Source: a virus
Taxonomy: Duplodnaviria; Caudoviricetes
IMG/VR virus record: IMGVR_UViG_3300024346_000004
Direction: 5' to 3' (one strand)
DNA length: 64,000 bases
Positions within the stretch are counted from its first letter, which is position 1. Each line of letters opens with the position of its first letter. Made by a program: the position numbers and the translations under genes. Positions 19,739 to 28,746 of this stretch are shown piece by piece. The notes under the pieces are model-generated. The model was given only the letters and a program-made list of their open reading frames with translations, had not been told where the DNA came from and ran no database searches.

Positions 19739-20257
19739 CTATCTTTTGTTCCCACAGTCAGAACAGAATTTGTCATTAGGCTTAAATGAACTGCCACATT
19801 GACTACAAAATTTACTTATTTGCTGATTACCACATTCTGGACAAAATTTACATGTATTATTGATAGAAGATTTACATGAGCTGCATACTCTATCATTATT
19901 TTTTACTTCTATTTCATCATCGTCGAAAGTAGCAAGCATTCTTTCAATATTGCTTAGTTTATTTTCTATTTCAGTAGGTGCAGATTCTTCTTCTGCGACA
20001 TTATGAATAGGATTAATTTTAAGTTGTAGATTATCGATGTATTCTTCAAAAACAGGATGTTCAAATGGGCTTGATTTTGGATTAGCAGTTACAAGCCCAT
20101 TTTCATCGATATCTATATCAATGGAAATAACATCATTAGGTTCGTTGTCTACCTTAGTAGATAGAACAGTGTGACCGTACTTATTCTTTTTGGGAATAAG
20201 CATATCTGGATTCTCTGTACCTGTAAATGATGCTCTTAGATTTTTAATTTCTTCCAT
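19739..20257 (-). CDS. Double zinc ribbon domain protein
   Basis: C-terminal CSSC, CPEC, CSQC, CSDC. Confidence 0.85.
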   Translation of the reverse strand: MEEIKNLRASFTGTENPDMLIPKKNKYGHTVLSTKVDNEPNDVISIDIDIDENGLVTANPKSSPFEHPVFEEYIDNLQLKINPIHNVAEEESAPTEIENKLSNIERMLATFDDDEIEVKNNDRVCSSCKSSINNTCKFCPECGNQQISKFCSQCGSSFKPNDKFCSDCGNKR

Positions 20258-20273
20258 TGCAAACTATTATATC

Positions 20274-20588
20274 TTACTTTTTATCTTTATCAGCGGATTT
20301 CTGCCAAGAGAACTTTTCAATCTCAATATTCAAACTGGTACAAGCATTCAACACGCCTTCCATTACATCTGATTCTTTGATTTTGTCTGATGTTCTGAAT
20401 GAGACTGAAAAAGTATGGATTGTATCTGCAGTATCTGTTCTGCTAATCTTTGCCTTATTAACAAAGCTTTCGATTGCCGGATTGATATTCGGTTCTGTAT
20501 TTTCCATTGTTTCTACAGGCATATCATCTTGTCCAAATTCGCCAAGAGATTCTGCTGTGTTCATGTAGTTCTGATTAAGTTCGTCCAT
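20274..20588 (-). CDS. Hypothetical protein
   Basis: Likely start ATG 20588 (MDELNQ) after AAGGT SD, rather than 20651. Confidence 0.7.
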   Translation of the reverse strand: MDELNQNYMNTAESLGEFGQDDMPVETMENTEPNINPAIESFVNKAKISRTDTADTIHTFSVSFRTSDKIKESDVMEGVLNACTSLNIEIEKFSWQKSADKDKK

Positions 20589-20744
20589 AATATTACCTTT
20601 AAGAGGATTTCTACATACATTATACAGATCAAACATCCTCCTTACCTTCAAAGGCGATATTCAATAATTAGTTCGGTTTTTTACACCCAATAGTATAAGG
20701 GAATTAATAGTATTAACTATATAGTAATTTAAAATTATTAAATT

Positions 20745-20817
20745 AAATTCTTAAATTTAAAAATTCTTAAATTTAAAAAATTCAATATATATTAATTAAT
20801 TAAATTCTTAAATTTAA
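20745..20817. repeat. Three copies of 16-bp AAATTCTTAAATTTAA
   Basis: Copies at 20745-60, 20761-76 and 20802-17; each contains the palindrome TTAAATTTAA. Confidence 0.9.
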
Positions 20818-20829
20818 AGAAAATGAATA

Positions 20830-20942
20830 TATAATATATGTTACATTAAATTAATAATTAGAATTAAGGATAAATTGTATAATATATGTTACATTAAATT
20901 AATAATTAGAATTAAGGATAAATTGTATAATATATGTTACAT
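20830..20942. repeat. 48-bp perfect tandem repeat, about 2.3 copies
   Basis: TATAATATATGTTACATTAAATTAATAATTAGAATTAAGGATAAATTG at 20830-77 and 20878-925, partial at 20926-42. Confidence 0.92.
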
Positions 20943-21179
20943 ATTAGAATAGATAATAGATTCATACAAATGTAATCTACTAAGAGTATCTTCAGGTTTA
21001 TCAATAACAATAATTTCAATGAAGCTTTTGCCTTCTTTGAATTTATCTATAATCCCAGGATATATTGTATTGATAGGACTAAGACATTGTTCTTCATAAG
21101 ATAGATCTTTAACCCTTTGATATTCAGAGTAAGCCCATATAGATAAATTTGCTATTCTAGATACGAGATTATGTTTCAT
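20937..21179 (-). CDS. Hypothetical protein
   Basis: 80 aa, ATGA overlap with the ligase gene. Confidence 0.65.
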   Translation of the reverse strand: MKHNLVSRIANLSIWAYSEYQRVKDLSYEEQCLSPINTIYPGIIDKFKEGKSFIEIIVIDKPEDTLSRLHLYESIIYSNM

Positions 21180-22054
21180 ACAGGTATTGTCAAAAACATT
21201 CTTACATTATTATTGATTTGATTGAGCTCATCTATTTCATTTCCAGTAGATAAAGAATTCATTCCATCCACATATAATTTATTTCTAAACTTTACTCTGT
21301 TAAAATGCTTGTCTACTAAAACAAAACCTTCATACTTGTTTGGATTACTATAAGCTTCTAAATATCTTAAACATTCATCCATACTGTAAACATTGAAATA
21401 TTCAGGTCTGAAATAATTATCTTCTTCAAAAGAGGCTAGAATATCATCAATAGGCACTTCTTTTTGATCAATTAGACTAATAACTCCTATTAGCTTCAAA
21501 ATGTGTTTATCATAGCTAATAGCCCCTTTATTCTTAGGAGTGGCAATTTCAAATGTATAGCAAAGATTCTTGTCAAGATTTTTAGTAAATGATTCAAATG
21601 ATGTATTGATTGATTCAAGACATTCATAAAATAATTCAGTCCAGGTTATTGTGTTATTTGGACTATTGATAGAATATACTGTCCATACTCCTACTGGAAT
21701 AAATCTAGTACCTAATAGCCATTCTCCATTATGATGATATAATGTGATCTGAGTACCATCATACTTGGATAATAACCTTGAACTATTCCAATCTATTTCG
21801 CTTAATGTTGCTGCTGAATATTCACTATCATGTTCATAAAAGGCAGGTAATGACATACTTACAACATCATAAGTTTCTGTATTTAAAATAAGACCTCTAG
21901 CTTCTTTTGTTATCTCTGAATCTTTTGGAGACAACATAGTGTAATCAAATACAACTAGTGGATATTTTTCATCAAAGTTAAGATATAAATTAAACTCTTG
22001 CTTCAAATCAGTTAGTGATTTACCTGATAGTAAATATTCTTTTATTACGCTCAT
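21176..22054 (-). CDS. T4 Rnl1 (RnlA)-like RNA ligase, nucleotidyltransferase core
   Basis: EARGLIL, motif I KYDGT, TFEI (III), EGFVLVD (IV), RVKF (V). Confidence 0.85.
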   Translation of the reverse strand: MSVIKEYLLSGKSLTDLKQEFNLYLNFDEKYPLVVFDYTMLSPKDSEITKEARGLILNTETYDVVSMSLPAFYEHDSEYSAATLSEIDWNSSRLLSKYDGTQITLYHHNGEWLLGTRFIPVGVWTVYSINSPNNTITWTELFYECLESINTSFESFTKNLDKNLCYTFEIATPKNKGAISYDKHILKLIGVISLIDQKEVPIDDILASFEEDNYFRPEYFNVYSMDECLRYLEAYSNPNKYEGFVLVDKHFNRVKFRNKLYVDGMNSLSTGNEIDELNQINNNVRMFLTIPV

Positions 22055-23176
22055 TTATTTGCCTATTGTGTGCTTGATTTTATGAAATATTTTTCTTCCA
22101 ATATTCCCATTAAAATGTAGTATTTTTTCGTTAATATTATTTTCCAGTAGTTCATTGAAACTACCGTATATTTGTTTTTCATTAAAGAGTTGCTTGTTGT
22201 AAGATTTATCTAGTTCTATAATTGCTCTATTCATACAGAGAGCAATATTTAGCAATGCTTGCTCTCTCCAGTCAACATCTTTGTTTTCATTTAGATAATT
22301 TATTCCTAAATTCTCAAATGATCTTAATTTTGATTCTAGTCTTAAGAACGCTTTTCTTTTTCCTGCAATTACTCCACCATTGATTAGTATTGAATCTTCA
22401 GTAAGTAAATCTAATATCTGGTTTGTATACTCTGATTTAAAGTATGGCATTTGTTGATCCGAAATAATCTGTTTTAATGATTTATTTCCATGATCACCCT
22501 GTTCTTTGCATATAAGTATTTTTTCATCATTTAGCACTTTTACTCTATTAATCAAAGAATCTAAAGATGATTGAATATACATGTCTACATCAAAGAATAA
22601 TATTTCTTCTGCTAATGTTATTGATCCCAGACTATATATGATTGTTTTGTGCCACTTCTTATAATCTACTAAATTACTAGAGAAATAAATGACATTGACA
22701 TCTTTAAGTATATAATCTGGGATGTAATCATTTTCTTTACAAAACATAACCAGATTGAATGTTTTCTTCTTGTTTTTGATCGATTGTATGAATACATTTA
22801 CATATTCGATCATTTGAGAATCATATATAAAAGTTATTATTTTATTATGATTTGTTTTGGATAATTCGATTTTACATTTTTCATATGGTGCTAAGTAATA
22901 TTTTGGTATATCTGAAAATATGCCTTTTACTTCGCATTGTCCTGAATTTATTTTTATTTCTATATTTTTGTTTTTTATGTCTAATAAATATCCATGTGTA
23001 TTTGACTCTATATTATTCTGATATGAAAATAGAAGAGTTTTGTCAGCATAAATATCTATATCTATATCACTTGAATATAAATCAAAATATAGGGCATTAT
23101 GTGGTGATGTAAAATTTATGTTTTCATTCAGTAATAATGATTTACTACAATGATCTAAATATTCTGCTAAATACAT
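22055..23176 (-). CDS. GT-A fold glycosyltransferase (GT8-like) with N-terminal extra domain
   Basis: FFDVDM (DxD), INGGVIAG, EQALLN, YN and ILHFNG motifs. Confidence 0.8.
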   Translation of the reverse strand: MYLAEYLDHCSKSLLLNENINFTSPHNALYFDLYSSDIDIDIYADKTLLFSYQNNIESNTHGYLLDIKNKNIEIKINSGQCEVKGIFSDIPKYYLAPYEKCKIELSKTNHNKIITFIYDSQMIEYVNVFIQSIKNKKKTFNLVMFCKENDYIPDYILKDVNVIYFSSNLVDYKKWHKTIIYSLGSITLAEEILFFDVDMYIQSSLDSLINRVKVLNDEKILICKEQGDHGNKSLKQIISDQQMPYFKSEYTNQILDLLTEDSILINGGVIAGKRKAFLRLESKLRSFENLGINYLNENKDVDWREQALLNIALCMNRAIIELDKSYNKQLFNEKQIYGSFNELLENNINEKILHFNGNIGRKIFHKIKHTIGK

Positions 23177-23796
23177 TTATTAGTTTTTATCAAATCTTTT
23201 AGGAATGAACTTTCTGGATGATATTTTTGATATTTTGTAATATCTAATGATTTGAAATATATTGGTTTTCTTAAATAGCCTTCACTATAAATATCTATAT
23301 ATTCAAGATCTAATATTTCGTTTTCGTTGCAATAAAATTCATCTTCATGTGATAATCTCTTGTAGAACTTTTCACTTAATATCGCTTGTGATTTTGAGCA
23401 GTTTTTTAATGACAAAATATATTCTTTATTTCTTTGAATAAAATCATTAGAAAATAAGCCCATATTCCACCACCCAACTTTAGAAATACTTATATGATCT
23501 CCAGGACCAAAATTATTTATGTTTTCTATTGATTTATCACCAAAAGTTACGGTATCATGAGCAACAAACCAATAATCAGCGTAAAGATTGAGTTCCAGTA
23601 TTTCTATTAGTGCGGTGTGATCAAAAGAATTATGATTGCAATAGTGATGAACAATGTCGTTTTCATATTTTTGCATTCTATTCTCACAGCCTCCTATAAA
23701 GAAATGTACTGGGATTCCACCGCAGAGAGGTCCTATGACAGTATCTCTCTGCTTTGTGTTATTAATGTGAGAAGAAATAGCAATACTAAATTTCAA
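23167..23796 (-). CDS. Putative GT-A-like glycosyltransferase
   Basis: N-terminal Rossmann-like strand; NSFDHTALI...YWFVAHDT...NMGLFS...E pattern. Confidence 0.55.
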   Translation of the reverse strand: MKFSIAISSHINNTKQRDTVIGPLCGGIPVHFFIGGCENRMQKYENDIVHHYCNHNSFDHTALIEILELNLYADYWFVAHDTVTFGDKSIENINNFGPGDHISISKVGWWNMGLFSNDFIQRNKEYILSLKNCSKSQAILSEKFYKRLSHEDEFYCNENEILDLEYIDIYSEGYLRKPIYFKSLDITKYQKYHPESSFLKDLIKTNKCI

Positions 23797-24284
23797 ATGA
23801 TAATTCCGGTGTAATATAATTCGCCTGTTTTGTGCTTGTTATATTTGTACATTTTGGGGTCTATTATGGAATCGACCTTGAATAAGATATTTACAACATT
23901 ATCAATATTGTCTATGGCACTTTTATCTATTTTTGATACACATTTTAAATAATCAGGCTCAAATTCTGTGAAAGAAGTTTTTATTTTGCCAGTGATCATA
24001 CAGAACAAAATAAAAATATCATCATATTTGTTGGCAGCATATATTTTATTAGCATCTGCAGTTATATTTGTAAATTTTATTATCTGTTCTTTATTTATTT
24101 TGCATGTATCTTTGATGTAAATATATTCAGATAAATTATCCAAATTATTTATAAACTCGTAATTCCCATCTAAAGGTATGGTAAAAGGGCTAGATAATAT
24201 AAAAATCCTACTAAATTGATCTTTTATATCTAGTAGGATTTTTATTGTATTAAGCTTGGACGTTGATTTTATTACTAGGATCAA
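23793..24284 (-). CDS. Hypothetical protein (possibly degenerate GT-like)
   Basis: 163 aa, overlapping start/stop with both neighbours; YIYIKDT echoes FVAHDT of the next gene. Confidence 0.6.
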   Translation of the reverse strand: MILVIKSTSKLNTIKILLDIKDQFSRIFILSSPFTIPLDGNYEFINNLDNLSEYIYIKDTCKINKEQIIKFTNITADANKIYAANKYDDIFILFCMITGKIKTSFTEFEPDYLKCVSKIDKSAIDNIDNVVNILFKVDSIIDPKMYKYNKHKTGELYYTGIII

Positions 24285-25348
24285 ATAGCACCTGAGATAT
24301 TAAAGTTATATCTAAAGAATCTACTTCTACCACCAGGCAAGTTAAATTCTGGAACAGTGATAGTTCCAATACGTGGGTATCTTGCAATTGGTAATTTTTC
24401 GAGTTGTTTGTCGAATTCTTCCTTATACATTGTGGCAGAACTCTTCAAATCTTCAAAAACCTTAGCATCCGGATCTTCTAATAACAGTCTCTTCTGTCTA
24501 GCAGTCAATGATGTTAATAAGCTTCTCAGTAAATAATAACAAGCACCAGAAATCAAGGCTGGTTCATAGTAAAATGGAGCTGATACCACTGTTGGATATT
24601 TATTAGATCCTGGCTGTGCGTTTACGGATTGAAGTGCCATATTTAGGGCGTGATTCATATGAGAACCAGTAAATAATCTAATATTATATGAAACTAATAC
24701 AGTATCATAGGAATGCACTGACTGAGCATTATTAGCAGTATTTATGAAATAAATATTACCCATATAATCACTCTTGAACTTTAAACCACTTGTGTAGTTT
24801 GTAGTATCATTTAATGTTTTAGTGATAGAATCATATTCAGACAAAGTGAACATTGAATCTCTATTACCATCTTCAGAATATCCAGTTATTCTTACTTCAG
24901 GTCTAGGATTGTAATTCCAATAAGGGAATGCTACTGTACCTCTTGTTCTATTACCATTGAAAATAATTTCTTCATCATAAATAGGTATATTGAGCAATGT
25001 TTGCAATTCATATCTCAAACTACTTTTAATAAGTAATTCATCTCCAGATATCGGTTGGGAAGTTGATAAAACAGTATTGGCAGAATTAACTTCTTGAATA
25101 ACATAATAAGAATTTGGATTACCAGCTGTGTCTACATATTCATTAATAGGATATGCAACAGTGGCAATTTCTGTATATGTTCCATCAAAATATGAAGAAC
25201 GGAATACTTTATAATTAGCTACACCTGTGGAAGTGTATCTATCCCATTCTATATATATACCTGGATTACCAGCTGTAGTGTTATAAAATACTAATGGGCT
25301 TTCAACATAGGATTGAATGCTAACATCACTTCCTGAAATTAATTCCAT
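24281..25348 (-). CDS. Putative neck/head-tail adaptor with N-terminal FN3-like domain
   Basis: IEWD...YKVFRS...YVD...YYVI (FN3-like); C-terminal helical ALQSVNAQP...LISGACYYLL...YKEEFDK; GAGGT SD. Confidence 0.55.
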   Translation of the reverse strand: MELISGSDVSIQSYVESPLVFYNTTAGNPGIYIEWDRYTSTGVANYKVFRSSYFDGTYTEIATVAYPINEYVDTAGNPNSYYVIQEVNSANTVLSTSQPISGDELLIKSSLRYELQTLLNIPIYDEEIIFNGNRTRGTVAFPYWNYNPRPEVRITGYSEDGNRDSMFTLSEYDSITKTLNDTTNYTSGLKFKSDYMGNIYFINTANNAQSVHSYDTVLVSYNIRLFTGSHMNHALNMALQSVNAQPGSNKYPTVVSAPFYYEPALISGACYYLLRSLLTSLTARQKRLLLEDPDAKVFEDLKSSATMYKEEFDKQLEKLPIARYPRIGTITVPEFNLPGGRSRFFRYNFNISGAI

Positions 25349-25362
25349 ACATACCTCTTAAA

Positions 25363-25405
25363 TAATAAAACGGTTCAAGAATATTTTTCCTGAACCGTTT
25401 TATTA
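25363..25405 (-). terminator. 15-bp inverted repeat, terminator-like
   Basis: TAATAAAACGGTTCA (25363-77) / TGAACCGTTTTATTA (25391-405) between two minus-strand genes. Confidence 0.7.
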
Positions 25406-25413
25406 ATATCCTC
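25386..25413 (-). promoter_or_regulatory. Putative phage late promoter overlapping the inverted repeat
   Basis: Minus strand AGGA(25412-09)-N19-GAAA(25389-86). Confidence 0.4.
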
Positions 25414-25415
25414 TA

Positions 25416-26186
25416 TTACTTTTGTCGTTTGAAAGAGGGAGTTGAGCCCTCCACTAGATCAGCTTCTAGATCAATCTCATGTGCAATAGCTGCTTCATCT
25501 GGAAAGAAGTCTTCTGTGGGAATAGTCTTATACTCAAAATCACCACCCGCAATATAGCCATCCTTATTTAGATTGCTCATATTCATTTTTCTTGGTGAAA
25601 CATTTCCATCGCTATCTTGGGAAGCTACTACTGCACTACCCTTACGAATATCACCAGACACGGATACGCTTGTTGATTTTACTAATCTTTGTACGATAGT
25701 TGGATCTGACTTAACCATTGCAGCAAATTGTTCTACGGATAGCTCGTCACCTTGCATTTCTGCCTGATGTTGTGCAATATCAAGAGCTAAAGCATAAGTC
25801 AAGGAATCATTTGCATATCCCGAAATAGACACTGTTCCATCCTTGTTATATGGCTTCTCAGCATCTAATGATTCCACTTCGATAGTCTTACCATCGATTT
25901 CCATAGTTTCATAACCGGAATTCTTCTTTTGACGTAAGATCTCTTTCTTTTCTCTTTCAGCTTCACGAGATAAAATTGAATCCCATGCATCTGAGGAAAT
26001 TTGTACTAAAATTCCTTTTCGCAAAGAATTCTTAAGATCTTTCGATGCTTTGACAAGCTTAGGGTCTTCCCAAGTAAGATCAATTACTTGTAATGGGTCA
26101 AAACTTAGCTTGATGTCACTTACATAATGCGGCGATGGGGTTCTATTTTGAATGATAAATGTTTGTTCAGGTTCTTGTTCCATCAT
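25416..26186 (-). CDS. Hypothetical phage protein
   Basis: Likely start ATG 26186 (MMEQEPE) with GAGG SD and ATGA overlap with the upstream stop. Confidence 0.75.
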   Translation of the reverse strand: MMEQEPEQTFIIQNRTPSPHYVSDIKLSFDPLQVIDLTWEDPKLVKASKDLKNSLRKGILVQISSDAWDSILSREAEREKKEILRQKKNSGYETMEIDGKTIEVESLDAEKPYNKDGTVSISGYANDSLTYALALDIAQHQAEMQGDELSVEQFAAMVKSDPTIVQRLVKSTSVSVSGDIRKGSAVVASQDSDGNVSPRKMNMSNLNKDGYIAGGDFEYKTIPTEDFFPDEAAIAHEIDLEADLVEGSTPSFKRQK

Positions 26187-26527
26187 TGTTTCCTCTGTAT
26201 AGGCATAGAAGTAACACCATCTAAGCCTTCTTTCCCGGTCCAAATTTCATTTGATTTAGCTTCTCTGCTATTAGGATCATAAGTGTTTTTACGAACTTTT
26301 TTCTGATCTTTCATATAATCAGCCATTTCTCTTCTGTTAGTAGTTGTACCAAATTTTTTCTCATTAGCCGTTAAACCATTGGTTACAGATACCATATTAA
26401 ATACTCTTTTGGCTAAACATCCGTCAATACCACAAGGACATTCTATTTCCGGTTTATAATCTGAGATTTGTATACTGATCGTATATTTACGTTCAGCTGA
26501 TGCACATTTGAATTCGTATCTAGGCAT
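26183..26527 (-). CDS. FmdB-like zinc ribbon protein
   Basis: MPRYEFKC...IECPCGIDGCLAKRVF from ATG 26527. Confidence 0.75.
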   Translation of the reverse strand: MPRYEFKCASAERKYTISIQISDYKPEIECPCGIDGCLAKRVFNMVSVTNGLTANEKKFGTTTNRREMADYMKDQKKVRKNTYDPNSREAKSNEIWTGKEGLDGVTSMPIQRKQ

Positions 26528-26543
26528 TTTTGGTTCTTCTCTA

Positions 26544-26570
26544 AAGGACATTGTACAAAGTAAATAGAAA
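26544..26570 (+). promoter_or_regulatory. Putative phage late promoter at the strand switch
   Basis: AGGA(26545-48)-N18-GAAA(26567-70), followed by AGGAG SD and ATG 26597. Confidence 0.65.
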
Positions 26571-26596
26571 ATTTATTCGAATAGGAGAAAGTTTAA

Positions 26597-26779
26597 ATGG
26601 AAAATTCTCAAGAAGTTCTCGATGCTACTACTACACATCAAATGTACTGCGTTAAATGCAGGACAATGGTAACCGTAGTATCACCTAAGAGAATAGTAAT
26701 GAAAAGCTCCCGTCATGCGCTTCAGGGCAAATGTCCTCACTGCACCACACATACTTATAAAATTGTAGCAAAAAAATAA
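26597..26779 (+). CDS. DUF5679-like small zinc-binding protein
   Basis: MYCVKCR...MKSSRHALQGKCPHCTT; AGGAG SD. Confidence 0.8.
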   Translation: MENSQEVLDATTTHQMYCVKCRTMVTVVSPKRIVMKSSRHALQGKCPHCTTHTYKIVAKK

Positions 26780-26781
26780 TT

Positions 26782-28731
26782 ATGGAAAATATAAACACAC
26801 GTATAGCTCAAACTCCAGGACTAGCTCCAGGAAGAGCAAGCACCTGGGATTTTGTCAAAGATACATTAACAGATGGCGCAGCCAAAATTAATGAATTATC
26901 TAAGACAGAAAAGTCCGATAGTTCAGCTACCGCTAATATAGACAAAGATTTAGAATCTGGCAAGAGAATTGTCGAAGATGCACAAAAGATTTCTTCAGAT
27001 CTTATTGCTTTAGGAATCCCAGAAAGTGTTTATAGAACTTTATATTATGCTCGTTTTCAAGCTAACAATATCTCAATTGAAACTCAATCTAAGATATTCA
27101 AAGCTGCAGTTGATTTAGTAAGTACTTCAAATATCAACGCAAGACCAGCTGTCGAGATGGTCTATACTTTGTTTCTTAAACTAGGAACTAATATTGATTT
27201 AGTATCTGGTGTAATAGACGCATTAAAAAAGTATGAGCAAGAATATCCTAATCTTGGATTATGGCAAGTAGCTTTTAATATAGCAATTGGCGCACCCGGA
27301 GCTATGGCTAGAGCTAAAAGCTTGATATCCACATTTACTGGAGTCAAGGGAGAACTAAATGGTAAAAATTTAGCAAAAGCTTTACATGCTATTATTCAAC
27401 CATTTTCTTCAGCTGCTCAAGAATTAGTTAAGAACAGAATGATGCAAGAAGGGCGTAAGAAAGAAATGGAAACGCTCTACATGCAGAAGTTTAGAATTGG
27501 CCTAGATTTCCAAACCCAAAGATGGAAGCAAGAATCTGGCTATCTAAATGGCATCAGTAGTTTTATCCGTGGAGCAATGTCTGGTCCTTTTGGTACTCTT
27601 TATTTGAACTGGTGGAGAATGCTTACCGCAATCTCTGTTGGTGCTACTATGAAGGACCAGATATTCAAGACACTACCTGGTAACAAAATGTCTCCGCAAA
27701 CTGGCGGCGGTAAAACAAGAGGCGAACAATTTGATGAATTGTTAGGTAAAGGCGCATCTGTTGAACTGCTAAGAAAAGTATTAGCAGCCCCAGTTGTCAA
27801 CCCTTACGCTTCTACTATTACAGATTCTAATACATTATCAGGTTTAGGTGGTACTACTACAGCTAGAAATGTTGACTTAGAAGAAGCTGTATCCTTATAT
27901 GAGAGTAAGAAAAAGCAACGTGATGAACAATCTGCTGCTTTAAAGAAGTTATGGTCCGTTTCATTATCTGCAACTCCTGATCCATTTTCTGGTGAAGGTG
28001 TAGATATGAATAATATTCAACAAGCTTTACCGGCTGATGCTACACAATCTGCTCAAGTTTATTTGAATTTAGCTAAAGAAGTTGAATCTTTAGGCTCAAG
28101 AATTATTGGAATGCAGACTACATTACAAGGTGATCAATCAGCTCCATCTGCTCAGGAAAAGAATATTCTTGAAGCTAGATTGAGAACAATAAAGACCGAG
28201 CAAGTAGATAACAAACAACATGTACTTATGGGTACTAATATGGTTATTGTTATTCCAATTGAAATGAAGATTGTAGATGTTAAAATGAATAGAGCATCTG
28301 CTAAAATTTCATATGATGACTCTAAAGCTCGTGGTGGTTATGATATGAGAAGATTAACTAGTGAGTTAGTAGCTTCTTATAATGAAGAAATAGCTCTTAG
28401 ATCTCAAGCTTATACTCAATATATGACTTTATCATCAAGTGGAACTGCTGGAATGAATAATTTCTTTATGCAGTTAGCTAAGAGAGCAGCCTTAGCTTTA
28501 AAAGGACTGAGAACAACAGCAAGTTCTTTAGTATTAGGATTGTCTCCAGCATATAAAACTGCTTCAGAAAAATCTAAGTATTTAAAAACTGGTGATGCAG
28601 AAACCGAAGAGTACTGGGACGAATTACTACCAGGAATGGGAACTGCAATGGAACATCCCGGTAAATATCGCAAAGTCAAGACAGATGATATTAAACCACA
28701 TCATTCTAAGTATAAAATAATCAAAAAATAA
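26782..28731 (+). CDS. Ala/Gly/Met-rich helical virion protein (internal/ejection or tape-measure-like)
   Basis: 649 aa, helical composition, visibly higher GC than neighbours; N-terminus TRIAQ. Confidence 0.5.
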   Translation: MENINTRIAQTPGLAPGRASTWDFVKDTLTDGAAKINELSKTEKSDSSATANIDKDLESGKRIVEDAQKISSDLIALGIPESVYRTLYYARFQANNISIETQSKIFKAAVDLVSTSNINARPAVEMVYTLFLKLGTNIDLVSGVIDALKKYEQEYPNLGLWQVAFNIAIGAPGAMARAKSLISTFTGVKGELNGKNLAKALHAIIQPFSSAAQELVKNRMMQEGRKKEMETLYMQKFRIGLDFQTQRWKQESGYLNGISSFIRGAMSGPFGTLYLNWWRMLTAISVGATMKDQIFKTLPGNKMSPQTGGGKTRGEQFDELLGKGASVELLRKVLAAPVVNPYASTITDSNTLSGLGGTTTARNVDLEEAVSLYESKKKQRDEQSAALKKLWSVSLSATPDPFSGEGVDMNNIQQALPADATQSAQVYLNLAKEVESLGSRIIGMQTTLQGDQSAPSAQEKNILEARLRTIKTEQVDNKQHVLMGTNMVIVIPIEMKIVDVKMNRASAKISYDDSKARGGYDMRRLTSELVASYNEEIALRSQAYTQYMTLSSSGTAGMNNFFMQLAKRAALALKGLRTTASSLVLGLSPAYKTASEKSKYLKTGDAETEEYWDELLPGMGTAMEHPGKYRKVKTDDIKPHHSKYKIIKK

Positions 28732-28746
28732 CGGTACAATTTAACC

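Noticed and set aside
20830-20942. CRISPR array
   Set aside because: The 48-bp units are contiguous and identical with no unique spacers; no cas genes in the window.
4479-26551. ORF-track starts at 4479, 20651, 26243 and 26551
   Set aside because: The extensions overlap neighbours or promoter regions; downstream ATGs at 4587, 20588, 26186 and 26527 fit SD sites, coupling or domain starts better.
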